This document shows, piece after piece, positions 42,227 to 54,100 of a stretch of DNA of 64,000 nucleotides (position 1 is its first letter; each line of letters begins with the position of its first letter). The stretch comes from Epithemia pelagica. Its lineage: Eukaryota; Protista; Bacillariophyta. Below the pieces are notes generated by a model. The model had not been told where the DNA came from and did not search any database. It saw nothing but the letters and a program-made list of their open reading frames with translations. Where the stretch lies: assembly GCA_946965045.2 (NCBI GenBank), contig OX337228.1, forward strand, positions 2,418,001-2,482,000. Reading direction: 5' to 3'. The translations under genes and the position numbers were made by a program.

Positions 42227-42883
42227 ATGGCAAGCAGCACCCCGGCACTACGATTTCCATTAAACAGTCTCGTAGCTCCGGGCGATCGTCTTGGAACTAC
42301 TCGGCAAGATCTCCTTGCTTCCGATGGAACCTACATGCAGAGTGGACATCTTCATGCCAACACGGTTGGACTTGTACAGGTGAAGAAACCGGTGGTAAAG
42401 GGAAAATCAAAGACCCTCAACTATCCAGTTCAAGTCGTTCATCCACAGCCTAATTCGCCACAGATAATGCATGTGGGACAAGTGGTACTTGGACGCGTGA
42501 TGCGTTTGTCCATCCAACAAGCATTTGTCGATCTCCTGGGGGAACAACAGGGAGGATCGCCTCACGCATCCTTTTCCAAGGTTGGAGAAGGGATAATACG
42601 TCGAGAAGATGCCCTCCCCACAGCATCCGAACAGATGAAAATACAAAATATGTTTCGTCCTGGGGATGTACTGCTTTGTCGTATCTTGTCCTTTGGAGAT
42701 CGAAGATATTTGCTTGGAACGGCAGAACCGTCCTTGGGAGTAATACAAGCACATTCCATCACGAGCAAGGTACCCATGATTCCAATAACATGGAAGGAGA
42801 TGCAGTGTCCAATTACGGGTGAAAAAGAAACAAGAAAATGTGCGAAACCACCAAAACAATTGCTGGAACGCCTTTCTCGATGA
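42227..42883 (+). CDS. CSL4: Exosome complex component CSL4
   Basis: VAPGDRLG, S1 domain (VGQVVLGRV…GIIRRED…FRPGDVLLCRILS), C-terminal MIPITWKEMQCPITGEKETRKCAKP. Confidence 0.92.
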   Translation: MASSTPALRFPLNSLVAPGDRLGTTRQDLLASDGTYMQSGHLHANTVGLVQVKKPVVKGKSKTLNYPVQVVHPQPNSPQIMHVGQVVLGRVMRLSIQQAFVDLLGEQQGGSPHASFSKVGEGIIRREDALPTASEQMKIQNMFRPGDVLLCRILSFGDRRYLLGTAEPSLGVIQAHSITSKVPMIPITWKEMQCPITGEKETRKCAKPPKQLLERLSR

Positions 42884-42984
42884 TCTTTAGCAAGTAACAA
42901 TGCTGGGTACTTCGTTTTGCCTACTACTACCACCTTATTAACAAATCATGTAATTTCCTAAAATGACATTGAAAACGCAGATCC

Positions 42985-44217
42985 TTATAGGCCGCCCTTT
43001 GATTTCTTGACAGGAAAGATGTGGGCTTGTTTGATTGCCAGTTGTGCGCCGTCTCCAGCAGCCACCACTTTGTCAACAATGTCGTGACCCTCTTGAATGA
43101 CACCATAGACACCTGGCTTTGAATCAAGGCCTCTAAGACCTTGAGAAGTAATGTACAACGGAGGGCTGCTTTCGACAGTGAAGGACGCTCTGTTGGGGCC
43201 TCCACAAGTTATGCTGGTGTCTTTCAGGCCAAGAAATTGATCTACCAAAGCATCAATATCTTTTCCATAGAGATGCATTACAATCTTGCCGGGAACCCCT
43301 GTTCCATTGATTCGCACGACAATCCAGGCCAGGCGTGGATCCGGGGGTCGTGCTTGGTTCTTGACAAAGTTTCCTCTCTGTATATCGAGGTCTTTTGCAA
43401 ACACTTGGCGACGGTATCCGCTATTGTCTGCTTGCTGGAGGAGGGGATTCGCGATAGAGTCACTATCGACAGCACGGGTGTCCTCCTTGTTCATGGCATG
43501 TGCCCATCCAGGTCTTTGCCAGTCGGATGATGCCCTGGAACCAATCTGAACGGTCGCCGTCGTCGGTGCCGCAGCAGGAGGGTCTTGATCGGCGCGTTGA
43601 CTTGGTTGTTCACTAGCGGCCGCTTTCTCTGGAACCGGATCCACGTTTTCTTTTGGAGGTGATGATGATTCTGCTGCTGGGGAGGCAGATAGCGGCGGAG
43701 CAGATATCTTTTCTTGCTGTTCTCCCGTGTTTTCGTCCTTCTTGCCACGTCCAAAAATTCTCCACCCAGCGGATTTCTTCTCCTCAGGCGCTTTCTCCAC
43801 ATCATTATTGTTTTTAGTTGCTGCAGATTTCTGGTCTGGACTTGCAGGAGCCCGTCTCGGACTTCCACCAGGCTTGACCAACTGACGTCGACTGCCCTGA
43901 GGAGATCGAGTGACTCCGCCGTTGGGAACAAGCTTGCGTCCACTCGGAGAACGAGATCGGGCGCGCGCCATGGCCTTCACCTTCTTCTCTTTCTCAGCTT
44001 CCTGAATTTGCTTCTGCAGCTCGGCGATCCGGGCTTGAAGCTCTTCCGGAGACTCAGCTTGTGGGGCATCCTGTGGTGTCGCCCGTTCCAATGCATATTT
44101 CTTTTTCATCAAATCAGCCTTTTTCTTTCTTGCATTCTCGAGATTAGTCTCGAGATCCTGAATTTCGTTATCCACCGCCTCCAGAGCCCGTACGACACTG
44201 TCAAGTTGACTTGTCAT
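42985..44217 (-). CDS. Hypothetical protein: N-terminal coiled coil, disordered linker, C-terminal domain resembling a degenerate cyclophilin fold
   Basis: Heptad-rich N-terminus; GKIVMHLYG and YGVIQEGHDIVDKV echo the cyclophilin GRIVFELF and FGKVVEGMDVV motifs, but catalytic motifs are absent. Confidence 0.55.
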   Translation of the reverse strand: MTSQLDSVVRALEAVDNEIQDLETNLENARKKKADLMKKKYALERATPQDAPQAESPEELQARIAELQKQIQEAEKEKKVKAMARARSRSPSGRKLVPNGGVTRSPQGSRRQLVKPGGSPRRAPASPDQKSAATKNNNDVEKAPEEKKSAGWRIFGRGKKDENTGEQQEKISAPPLSASPAAESSSPPKENVDPVPEKAAASEQPSQRADQDPPAAAPTTATVQIGSRASSDWQRPGWAHAMNKEDTRAVDSDSIANPLLQQADNSGYRRQVFAKDLDIQRGNFVKNQARPPDPRLAWIVVRINGTGVPGKIVMHLYGKDIDALVDQFLGLKDTSITCGGPNRASFTVESSPPLYITSQGLRGLDSKPGVYGVIQEGHDIVDKVVAAGDGAQLAIKQAHIFPVKKSKGGL

Positions 44218-44808
44218 TTTGTTTTCTATCAGGAGAGCTTTCCAATCAGTGTGGGTGTCGACAACAATCAACAATACACGACAGTTAGAAGGGGAAATGC
44301 GAAAACGAAGTTGTTTGTGGAGGACGAATGTATCCTCCCCAGACTCCCAGCAAGATAACCCAAGATCAAATGGTCACTGTTATTGGGGAGGAAACTGCTT
44401 GGGTCTTGGGTGTCAAGCTGGTGGGGAATAATGGAAGGCTTATATAAAGTCTACACTCTAAAATAGAATTCGAAGAATACAGTATTCGAGCAAATTTGGT
44501 CTTCCTTAGTCGCTTTCAGAACGCTTTTAGAACGCGTCCAAAAAGGCAACCGTTGGACGCACTCTTTCTCGTCGCTCGTCGGTCGACTGTCATTTGTCGT
44601 GTTGCAGACGTTGGAGGTTGGAGTTGGACGATACAACTCTAAACAAGCGAAAGGAATACGAGACCAGAGAAAACAGCCTTGATAAGGTGCGTTCTTTGAG
44701 TTGCCAAAGTGAAATACATAAGGCAGCATGACCTCAGATTTGGTTGGTCTTTAAATGCAATGCGTTGACTGTTTGTTTTCCTTCCACAGAATATAGGGAG
44801 TTGGAAGC

Positions 44809-46438
44809 ATGGTTTTGAATAGCCATGGGAGCTCCAATAAAAGTATTCTGGTCCTATACAAAGTTGTGAACAATGAAGCAGACAATGCGGACCATCTCTT
44901 CAATGCCTTCTCCATGCCACGAGACCCGAAAGGGCCAACGCTGGCTGCTGTCAAACAGTACGTGAGATTCCTCTTGTTCCCGTTAGAAAGCAACTGCATC
45001 CGGAACTAACATCAATTTTATTGATATAACGACAGAAACTGCAAGGCTTTGCATGGACTGAGCCATTTAGGTCCTGATGGTTATCACTGGCGTAAGTATT
45101 CCAAGATTTGTTCCTTTGTCCACTCGTTCATCACATCGGGAAGACTCCAGTCTTGCATTCCTCTTGATACTACTTTCTTACTCCCCCCTCTATCCACATT
45201 TAGGTGTATGCATGGAGGAAAAGGCGGCGCCAGGTGAAGAATCAGGTTCCAAAACAACAATGAGCTGGTGGGACGTCCAGGATGAAAACGCAGTGCTTCC
45301 TACAAAGGACGCCACCTCGTCACAATTGGGAAAATTCTTTTCTCCTCCCAAGGATGATTCAAGTGAGTCGGCTACCAAGGCAGCCCGAGGAATGTTAAAG
45401 GCCATGGCCGGTGCTGTTTCTGGGAACGATGGTATTGACAATCGCGCTGTAGTCTCCGTGGTTGCGTTCAAGCTTTTGGACTTGGTAAAAATGCACGATG
45501 ACTTTAAGCTAAAGAATCCAGGAAAGGTTGGGGGAATGGAACAACCAACGACTCGCCGTGGCTCATACTTTCGGGCAAACCCGGTGGAGACACCAGCACC
45601 ACCTTCGCGTCATCCTCATGGTGTCACTCCATCGTCGGCCCACTCGGCGCCCCCTCGCCCTCCTTCATCCCATACACATTCGGCACCCCGTCCCGTGGCA
45701 TCTCACCACCCTCCCCCTCCGGCACAAGCGAATTTGATGGATTTCTCTCCCGCACCCAACCGCAAAAATATTGTTCACACAACCTCATCTCCCGCTGCCT
45801 TTGAGGCGTCCAACCCGAACGAGACTCGAGCGGAGAAATTGAAAAAGGAGTACGAGAAAAAGAAAAATTCTGCCGATTTGGAATGGGACCCTGTGGAACA
45901 ACGCATGGTTCAAAAGGGATCGATGAAGAACGGATCACCAGCGGTCACTCAAAGTGCTCCCAAAGCCAAAATTGTCGGTACCAAATTGGATGCGGCGAGC
46001 ACCATGGGCAAGTCGGCCTCGGTGGCACAGGCCATGCACAAGCGTATTCGGGACATGGAAGAATCGCAAGACAAGGCTCTGCGAGAAATACGTGAACGGG
46101 AGGCCAAGGCCGCCAAAGACAAGGCCGACGAAGATGAGGTCCGCAAGAGGCTGGAACCTCGGATCAAGGCATGGGCGGAAGAGCATGGCAAAAAGAAACA
46201 GCTCCGGGCTCTGCTGGGAACCTTGCATACGATTTTGTGGAAGGATTCTGGCTGGAAACCAGTGAGTATTGGTGATATTTTGGATGATAGCAAGGTGAAG
46301 AAGGTCTATTTTAAGGCCTCACGAATTGTGCACCCGGATAAAACGGGTGGCATGAGTGCCGAAAACCGCTTTTTGGCCAAACGCATTTTTGACTCGTTGA
46401 CGCAAGCCAAAGTGGACTTTGACAATGGAAAGAAGTAG
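44809..46438 (+). CDS. DIX-like domain plus C-terminal auxilin-type J-domain protein; predicted introns 44958-45035 and 45092-45203
   Basis: Spliced N-terminus LVLYKVV…PTLAAVKQ…GYHWRV…WWDVQDENAVLP…VVAFKLLDL (DIX-like); C-terminus LRALLGTLHTILW…KKVYFKASRIVHPDK (auxilin/GAK-type J). Confidence 0.8.
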
Positions 46439-46959
46439 AAGGGATTTCGAAACTTTTGTAGTTGGATGTGTATTCGATAAGGAGTAGCCGCACGGCAAAC
46501 ACGCTGATTTAGGAGAAACTCACTACTTGATTGGATCCAAGACGATTAGGAGCATTTTGATACGACACCTCTCCATCATTCCATCTCTTTTGAAGGTGTT
46601 ACTCTATTTGACTTCCTCTGTCTTGCCGCACCCATAGTCTTGGTAGAGCCTTGCCCTTGACTCAGTCGTGTCTCGTCATTCGTGTACCCGAAATCTCGCC
46701 TCGCGTACCCCCGAGCCGGGAGTACGATTGGCGCGCTCGTCGTGTGGGTTCGCATCGTTCTTCTTTGGGAATCTTTGATCTTCGCGCAGAATGCAAAAAG
46801 CTGGACGAACAATCTGTCGTTTGGAGACTTGACACCAAAAACTCGAACTCAAGATCGCCGCGTGTGTGTGTGACCCCAAAGATTCTCTCACAGAGACAAT
46901 CCTATAAATTTCCAACCACAACAACAAGGAAACAACAACACGCATAGAATAACAGCACC

Positions 46960-47664
46960 ATGATGATTGCCTTTGTATTTGTCGCTCTCGTTTTGGCTTC
47001 GGCTCATGCCTTTCAAGCTCCTGTGCCAACCTTTGTGGCCCGCAAGGTGAGTCTACCAACAACACACAACGCACGACGACGAATCTTCTCTCCTCTTTAC
47101 GGTCGTCGTCGAATTCGGGAGTCGGTCGTTTCCTTGCACAGGTATACACGTTTGAGTGCTACAACACTGTCATCTCATCTGAACCTTGTCTTTCTTCTCT
47201 CTTTGTGGAATTGGTTTGTCCTGGATCACATAAACCATTGATGAATAATGACGATGACGATGATGATACCCTGACAGACCTTGTCGTCGCCTTCGCCAAC
47301 ATCCTTGTCGGTGATTTTGAGCGACGACGAAATCACGTCCATTATGCAATCGGCCGCCGATTGTGCGGACGGCGAATGCAGTTTGGACGATGTGAGTGAA
47401 TTGATTTTTGAATTGGAAGAACAGCAACAAGTCATGGAGGATCGTTTGGCCAAGACGATTGCCATGATTGCCGAATTGAAAAAGTTGAGTGCGGCCACGG
47501 AGGATCGCAACGAAGTTCGGGCCTTTGTCAAGGATATGCTCCGTGTGTTTAGCCACGAAAAGCCATCCTTTCCCATTCTCGGATTCTCGGGAGATGTTGG
47601 AGATGGACCCAAAACGGCCTGGGATGTCTTGCCCCCCAAGCCCTGGTCGCCCTCGGCCAACTAA
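46960..47664 (+). CDS. Small plastid-targeted protein of unknown function (Cys pair plus coiled coil); predicted intron 47047-47277
   Basis: Signal peptide ending AHA-FQAP (ASAFAP-type), GTGAGT donor and CAG acceptor in frame, CADGECSLDDVSELIFEL motif. Confidence 0.7.
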
Positions 47665-48350
47665 GGAACGAACCAACGAACGAAATGGACCAAGAAGGAT
47701 GATACTCGTCGACGACGATACCCAGGTCTTTTGGGTCCTGCTATCGGTTGACCTTCTCTCTACTAGGAGTACACACCACGAGCCCCATGCACACACATAG
47801 TTCCACATACACACACACACAAGATTGACAACGCCGACTACCAGGAGGAGTGCACCATGTAACATTGCGCACGGAATGAATGACAACAAGTAGTAGTACT
47901 AGAAAAAAGTTGATGATACAATGGCAATTCTTTCGAAAATGTCTCGACCTTAGTTGCAGTCCGTGTCGATTCTCGTCGTCCTTGTCGCTGGATAAAATCG
48001 TGGTTGGCCTTCTCCACCTTCCTGTGTCGAAGTCGACGACGGGCAAGTCCCAGATAGATCAAAAGGCATCTTGTCATCCATCATGGTGCAACTGACCGTC
48101 AGACCCCGTCCTCGACAGATGGCGCATGCGTACGTCTGGTATCTATTCTCCATCTGGAGTCCGGAAGCACAATGCTATGATGACTGTTTCGTATATCGAA
48201 TCGTGGGGGATGGGAATTCGTGACAGGTCCATCTGGTCTTCGTTTCTGCGACTGATTAGAGAAGGGCGAAATCTTTGGCCATCGAGAATCGAGATCCGAT
48301 CCATCACCGGAAAAAAGATTCTCTGGAATGAGGCAGAACGTCGAACCACC

Positions 48351-49087
48351 ATGAGGAAACGACTCCAACGGGTTCTAGGGCTGATGTTCTTCCTCCTTGT
48401 CCAAGAAGCATCAACCACCACCACCACAAGTTTTTGTGTCTTTGGCAAGAGTCCTCGTCGAACCAGGTGTCACAATCAGAAGCATTGCAGTCCATTTCCG
48501 ATTCGTCCCAAGAACGACATTCGGTCGTCGTCATCGTCGTCGTCGTTGTCCTTTTCCGAGCCTCATGCATCGTCGTCATCACCGCCTCGCGAGGGTGGGC
48601 AACAAGAAGAAGGAGAAGAAGGATGGTCTCACCATATTTCCTCGGCACTCCAACAAGTACTGGATAAGTATGACGGTTTGAGTCGGTGCATCACCCTGGA
48701 CATGACACAGGCTCCGTATTGGGCCGAAATCTACCACAATGGACAGGCCGAAACAGCCTTGATTCAAGACGTATTGTTTCCTTCCACGCCGTCGCCACAA
48801 CAACAACAACAACAACAAGAACCAGCAAAGGAACAAGAGGAACTGGAGTGGGTCTTGCGCGAACCCAAAGTTCGTGTCACATTCGTGTCGTCGTCGTCGT
48901 CGTCCACCGCCGTGATTGATTTGGGACAAATCACCACCCTATGGAGTCTTGGTGGTGGTGATCCGAATCCATTGGATTCTTTGACTGGCAGTCTTCCAGT
49001 CCAGGCCAATGCCAATGCCATTCCTCGTGCCCACGTAGAACGCCTCTTGGATCGCCTTCATGCCACAACGGTTCGCAAAGGACGACG

Positions 49088-49118
<31 letters not shown>

Positions 49119-51101
49119 CCAACAACAACAACTTCCAAACAACAACAACAACAACAACCACAACCACCATTGGCCAAGAAACGTATCCAAGCGGAAGCGC
49201 AAGCCGTGGCATCTTCCATCCTTTCCCAACCACAATTCCATACGACACTGCAACAACAACAACACCAACAACATGCCCTGGTTGCTTCTTTTGTGGAACA
49301 AGTTCTTCGAAAGGTCCAAAAAACGGGCATTGGATATGCCCGACTCATTGATTGTACGACCGTGGCCACTCTCTTGTCGTCGTCGTCATCCTCCATACCG
49401 ACACACGCCGCCCCGAACAAGGCCACGGAACCACACCGAACAAAGACTCCCACTCCTCCACAACGACTGGCGCACGACCGTGCCGTCGCCTCGGTCGTAT
49501 TGGCTCGCGATGCCGCCCAAGGTGGTCGATTCAAACGATGGCCGGTCGTTCTTTTGGGACAAAATGCCTCGGCGGGAACTCTGACCTTGCTCAATGGTGG
49601 ATGGGTCGTACAAGATCAAAGTGTACGAGCCGACCTGGAAGCACAAAAATTGGTCCACGGAACAAGGGAACCCGACAGGGACAAGACGACGACAACGACA
49701 ATAGTCGTGGCGTCGGAACGACGCATTCTTCGTCGACTGGAATGTCTGGCCATGGGCGGTGGTGGTAGTGGCGACAAGGACGACGATGATGCATCCATGG
49801 ATCGTCGATTGCAATTGGATGTCAAGCGTGCCTTGGCTGCATTGAATTTGCCTCGAACTCCAGCGGGAGCACGACAAGCCTTGGTGGAGCTAGGCCATTG
49901 GTCCCACACGGAACAGTACGCGTCGGTTGCACCGTGGCCACCCGAGGTACTCGAGGCTGCCCTTCATTATGCACGTCACGATCAAGCCGTGTTGGCCGCA
50001 GCCAGTCGTCGCGTCGACCTTTCCAACCTTCCCTGCATTTGTGTCGATGCCAAGGGTACTGCCTTTCGAGACGATGCCCTCGGCATTCGTCTTCGACGAC
50101 AACAACATGGATCGAGCGGATCCAAATCCGCGTCCTCCGCCAAATGGGAAGTCTTGGTACACATTGCCGATGTTTCCGATATTTATGCTACTCCAACAAC
50201 AACACCGTCCAACCACAATCTGTCCGAATCTCTTCAATCTCGTCTCGCGCTCTTACGACAAGCTGCCGAAACACGGGGGCAGAGTCGCTATGATTTACCC
50301 CTGGGTCCTCTACACTTGATGCCACCCGTTGCTCTGAAAGCTCTGAGTTTGTCCAGTACCAAACATCACGACAAGAAAAACCACAACAACAACAACAACA
50401 AGGAAAATACGAAACAACCATGTGTTACACTCTGGGCCTCCATTGATCCCAACGACGGGACTTTATTGGATGCCGGCATTGAGCGAACTCTTGTGGCCCC
50501 GCCCGTGGAACTCACGTACGAATCGGCGTCGATTCTCATGAACAACGACGACAACAAGGCGGAGGAAAAGAACCGAGAAAGACTAACACTCTTGGCACTG
50601 GAACGAGTCCTCCTCCAATGGTATAAAAAGCGGCAGGAGCGGAGTCAAACTGCCCAAAAACGAGAAGCCCGTTTGCGTCATCGACAACAAGAAACCAGAG
50701 ATCCGGCAATGCCACACGACATGTATCAGGATGACGAGTCATTTCAGCGCACCAGGGCTCACCGTTTGGTCGATGCAGCACTCGAGTTGTATTCCTATTG
50801 TGCCCGGAGGCTTTTGAATCGAGCCAAGGCACCCATTCCCTTTGTTCCAGGGGCTGGTCGCGCCGAAGGGGGTCGAGTGGCCACGGCTCCACTCCGGCGA
50901 TACATTGATGGCCAATCCCAACGACAACTGCTGGCCGTCGTTGCCGGATACGGCAAGCCCTTGACAAAGGAGGAATGCCGTCGTGTTGTGGAAATTGCCA
51001 ATGATTCGCGAAAGGCAACCGTTTCCACCAAACGAGTCGCCACTACGCCAAGGAACCGGCCCAGCGACACAAGAACGAATACGAAAGGCCGCCGTGGCTA
51101 G
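48351..51101 (+). CDS. RNase II/RNB-domain exoribonuclease-like protein with poly-Q/poly-S tracts, probably organelle-targeted
   Basis: VDLSNLPCICVDAKGTAFRDDALGI, VLVHIADVS, AETRGQSRYDLP and ATAPLRRYIDGQSQRQL match RNB motifs; hydrophobic N-terminus. Confidence 0.8.
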
Positions 51102-51171
51102 ATCATGGCCTACTCTCAAGATATTTTATTCCCTGAAAGCTTAAATTTGGATGTACTCGACCGTGGTTACG

Positions 51172-54100
51172 CTAACTGGAAAATCGATCATCTTCGTCGG
51201 ACGAGGGCGACGTGCTGCTGCTTGAATTGTCCTTTCTTCCCAGCAAAATCTTTTCGCAAACAACACAAACCCAGGCGGGCTCTTGAACGCCAAACGTCTT
51301 GGGGAAATATTCTGGTGGAAGACAGCTGCTGGTGCAGAGACCACAAACAAAGCGACTGCAGTGACGGCAGTGTGTCGCTCGTGAGGTGGCACCAATGCTG
51401 GCTTTGCAGTGCATACACCAGGATCGGGCGGGTGCCCATTTGTGGGGAGTAGTTATCGCGCTAAGAATGTGATGGAGGGATTCATCACTCTCCACCATGT
51501 CGAGAGCAAGTACTTCAGATGATCCCATATCATTCCAAAAGGAATCCCAACGCTTTGGCTTTTTCCACAAAATGTGGAGTTCTGCACCTTTGCTTACTAA
51601 TTCGACCGCGCTGTCCGTGTCTTGGTGGTACAAACTTAAGTGAAGAGCTGTACATCCAGTTAACGACTGAAGGTTAGCATCAGCTCCATTGTTCAGCATG
51701 TTTCTCAGCGTGTTTTGTAGAACTCCCTGATCCCGAAGGGAGGTATTGTGACAAAGCAGATGTATGGCTCCTTGATTGCGTTCGTTGCAAATATTTGGGT
51801 CAGCACCTCGCTCCAGTAGAACAGCAACAATATCACAGGCATCCGACGTTTCGATCTGAACTGCGTAGTGAAGAGGGGTGTTTCCTTCCCTGTCTTGGTC
51901 ATTCAGGTCAGGTTGGACCGTGCCGTGAGAGCCGGCCAATAGTTGTGTGATCCTCTGCCGAACATCAAAGTCACGACTTTCAGCGACTTCGTTCCTTGCC
52001 GGCAAAGCAATCAAATGCAAGGCCGTGAACCAACGGATATTATCTGCATTGTTCACATCTGCCCCACTTCGGAGAAGAGAACGCACAGCATCCACGTCCC
52101 TGCGCTGGACAGCCAAGTGAAGAGCTGTTATCCCGTCTATATTCGGGATGTTTGGGTTGGCCCCACCTTTGCGGAGCAGAATTTCCGTTACTGCCGATGA
52201 TTCTGAAAGGTGCAGGGGAGTCTCCCCATCCTCATCTTGAGCGTTGACTACTGCTCCTGTTTCCACGAGCATAGAGGTGACATCGGTGTTCGTTGAGATA
52301 GCAGCTAGATGTAGCGCAGTTCGTCCGTATCTGTCTCCTTCATTGACTAGTGAACAAGGATCAGTAGCCTGCTCCATTATTCTTGTGAAAAGATGCATGT
52401 TTCCCTGACGGATGGAGTTGTGCAAGTGTCGAATCTCGTCGACATAGTCATCTGGGAGAGAAATACCGCCATGGTTTGGTTGTCCTTGGTCGTTGCTAGG
52501 CGATGTTATATGATCAACAATACCACGTATCTGATGCTCATCCATTGAGTCCAGTAGACTAACATCGGATCGAACAGGGCTCGACTTTTTCGGTTGTACA
52601 TTTTGTTCATCTTCGACACTTCTCAAAGCCAGTCCTTCAAGGGTCACAGAATTGATTGAAAACGAGTCGGTTGCACTTCTTAGACAATCCAGTTCGTTTC
52701 TTAAAGTCTCCAGTTGCCCCTCTTTTATCCTCACTTCCTCAACCAGGAACTTCAAATTCTCCGTTTCACTGTGCGTGGGTGATCGCTTTGCATATGAAGC
52801 AGTCAATTCATGTTGGAGTCGTTGTATCTCATTACGTAGATTTTGGACTTCACTGGCTTTTTCTTTCTTCATCTCTTCCCGACTCAGCTCCGATTTTTCT
52901 TTCTCTTGTTCAAGTTCTTTTCTGAGACGTGCCATTTCTTCTTTGTATTTGTCCCGCTCAGCCATCACATTGTTAAGGTCTTTTGCTTCTCTACGTCGTC
53001 GACACAATTCCCTGTGAGCTGCTCTCGCCCGAACGCGTGTTTGGGCATAGATGACAGCCTTTCTAAGTTTCTTGAAAGCCCGTGAAGAATTGTGAATCTT
53101 CCAGGCTTTTTGGATTGAGTTTGCTTTTCTATCCAGGAATAAATAAGCGGCGAGTTGCCTCGCAACGGTTCCCCTAAAGGCACTTTGACACCACCGAGCA
53201 ATGTAATAACCAGCTTTCAGAAAGGTTCTTGCTCGATAGCACCGATATGAATTCTGAAGAATCATTGCAGAACTCGTGACGAGCTGTTCCCGAAAACGTC
53301 GATCTGCATAAGACTTGCGAACAAACTTTTGAATTATTGTCGCCGCGTAAACAGCAATTTCAAATTCGGTTTGTGCAAAACACATCCTCGCAAATGCCTG
53401 TATTTTGGCCGCTGCTCGATCCAACGTCTGGCTTCGAAGCCGCTCGAGTGTTTCGAATGCACGTAAACGCAGAAAGACTTTGGTCTTCCCCATCTGCATT
53501 CCCAGAAAAGTAGTCCTGTTACAACCATGGCGAAGCGGAAGTGAGAACATGAAAGTGGCTGATGGCGGTACATCACTTCGGTAATACGTACCTCTGAGGT
53601 TTTTCACTTGGAAAAGAGTCATTTTCCATTGCTTCGTTTAACATTGGGGTGAGCTCGTCGACAAGATCAGTACAACTATCATTATCCTGATATCGAGGCA
53701 TGTGTTTCCCTTTTCGACGAAGTTTTTTCCGACGCAACAAACCGTATCGTTCCACAAAATGATCATGGAAATATCGGTGAGGAAATCCAACTCGTGATAC
53801 CCGTATCGCTTCAAGAACCCCGGCGCATCTTAACTGGTCTGCAATAATAAGGGGATCGAAGTTGTTCGGTACCAAATCATCGTTTGGCTTCAAGCATCGA
53901 ACATAGTGGGGTTCTGTAGATTCAATACGGGATCGCAACTCCGTTAGTTGTGAGCTAAACTGCATTCCGACACCGTCCCTCAGCAGCGAGCTCGATCCGC
54001 GCTGCATTTGCTTTGGGTTACTCCTTGGGATGGGTTTCTTTTGCTGGGGTTGCTCCAATGGTTGTTGCTCACACAAAAGTGCGCCCAAGCTGGCCACAAA

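Noticed and set aside
46440-46950. Small ORFs or an RNA gene between the J-domain gene and the plastid protein
   Set aside because: No motif, tRNA cloverleaf or consistent coding frame was found; treated as intergenic/UTR.
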